NCBI GenBank assembly: GCA_965198065.1
Contig: CBDAON010000003.1
Coordinates: 1-64,000, forward strand
Reading direction: 5' to 3'
From: Longimicrobiales bacterium
Lineage (GTDB): Bacteria; Gemmatimonadota; Gemmatimonadetes; Longimicrobiales; Gaopeijiaceae
Length of the DNA: 64,000 nucleotides
In this document: one piece after another, positions 62,872 to 64,000 of the stretch
Layout: each line of letters begins with the position of its first letter
How positions within the stretch are numbered: the first letter of the stretch is position 1
Notes under the pieces: model-generated
Told to the model about the DNA's origin: nothing
What the model saw: only the letters and a program-made list of their open reading frames with translations
Databases searched by the model: none
Position numbers and translations under genes: made by a program

Positions 62872-63932
62872 CTAGGGTGCTTCGCCCGCGTGTTCCTGCA
62901 CCGCCTTGACCACATGGTGGTTGATCGCCTCCGCGCTCGACCCCGCGCACTCCGCCAGGACCCCGTCCAACTTTTCCTCTCCGAATTCGACGCTGTTTTC
63001 GTCCATTGCTTCCGTGACGCCGTCCGTGTAGAGGAAGATGGCGTCACCCGGATCCAAGTGTACGGATCCGCTCGGGAAGTCGAACGACGGCACGACCCCC
63101 AGAACCAGTCCCGAATCGCAAACGAGCTGCTGAACCTCGCCGGAAGCCTTGACCACGAAGGGAAGATTGTGCCCGGCGTTCGCATAGATGGCTTGCCCGG
63201 TTGCGGGGTCGAACTTGGCGTAGAACACCGTGACGAACATCGCCTCCTTGTTCTCCTCTCCGAGGAGCCGATTGACCTCCTCGAGGCACTTCGCGGGGTC
63301 GCTCTCCCCAATGGCGGTCCCCTTCAAGAGTGTCCGGCTTACCAGCATGAAGAAGGCGGCCGGCACACCTTTACCGGATACGTCCGCCACCACGACCCCC
63401 TTCCGTCCGTCCTCAAGTTGGAAGAAATCGTAGAAGTCACCGCCGACATATCGAGGGCCGGAGTCATCCGGTCCTGCATCCGGGCTGCCACCCCGAGCTC
63501 CTTGCGTAGGGCCACGAGTTCGTCTCTCGACCGAAGCGCATCCCTCATCACCCGCAGGTGTTCGAGGGTCTTCGCGATCGTGGTGTCCAGATCGTCGAAA
63601 TCGATCGGCTTGGTCACAAAGTCGAACGCGCCACGGTTCATGGCGGTCCGAATGTTCTTCATGTCCCCGTACGCCGTGACGATGACCGCACGCAAATCGT
63701 AGTTCAGCTGGTTCAACTGCCCGAGGAGGGTCAGTCCGTCCATCTCGGGCATGTTGATGTCCGAGAGCACCATGTCCACGTCAGAGTGGGTCCCGAGCTG
63801 CTCCAGGGCCTGAACTCCATTCTGGGCGAAGACCAGATCGAACTCGCCGGAGCGGACCCGGCGGCGGAATTTCTGTCGGAGTAGCAGCTCCAGATCAGGC
63901 TCGTCGTCTACTACGATAATCTTCGGCATCAT
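62872..63932 (-). pseudogene. Response regulator-SpoIIE/PP2C phosphatase fusion with frame breaks
   Basis: VVDDEPD..SDINMP..VTKP, then GGDFYDF, ADVSGKG, ANAGH and YTDGVTEA in shifted frames. Confidence 0.8.
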
Positions 63933-64000
63933 GGACCCGGCTGAGGTGAATCGTGTCATCGAGAGAGTACGTCGGGCAAAACGGAATCTGGGGAAGAACC

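Overview
GC-rich bacterial window. The gene content suggests Gemmatimonadota, but that is inference only. Positions 1-41.2 kb hold mostly ordinary genes: TerC, a POT transporter, three NHL/PAL-like paralogues, two-component and c-di-GMP proteins, a porin, a Mo-enzyme large subunit, rhomboid, a cation-chloride cotransporter, a run of small cassette-like genes and a TetR-MMPL-LolA-like-OMP operon. About ten of these genes carry frameshifts that look like long-read indel errors. From 41.6 kb onward the window is an integration hotspot. It contains two tRNA 3'-half att remnants, a full-length group II intron inserted into one att arm, thrC, IS481 and IS3 remnants, an intact IS4 with an 11-bp TSD, HigBA, T4SS, MmeI and integrase fragments, and one intact tyrosine integrase. 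The most striking element is a 3.8-kb IS1595-family cargo transposon (56600-60437) with terminal IRs and an 8-bp TSD. It carries a DUF3800 gene behind a structured RNA leader, a winged-HTH gene and a small HNH gene. It also carries an unannotated RNA module: a strong SD-led Met-Pro-Pro-stop minigene (CCG CCA), two hairpins, and then a tRNA-Leu-bodied tRNA with a very long variable arm and a Pro anticodon (UGG) matching those codons. The sequence features are seen directly; all functions are untested inference.
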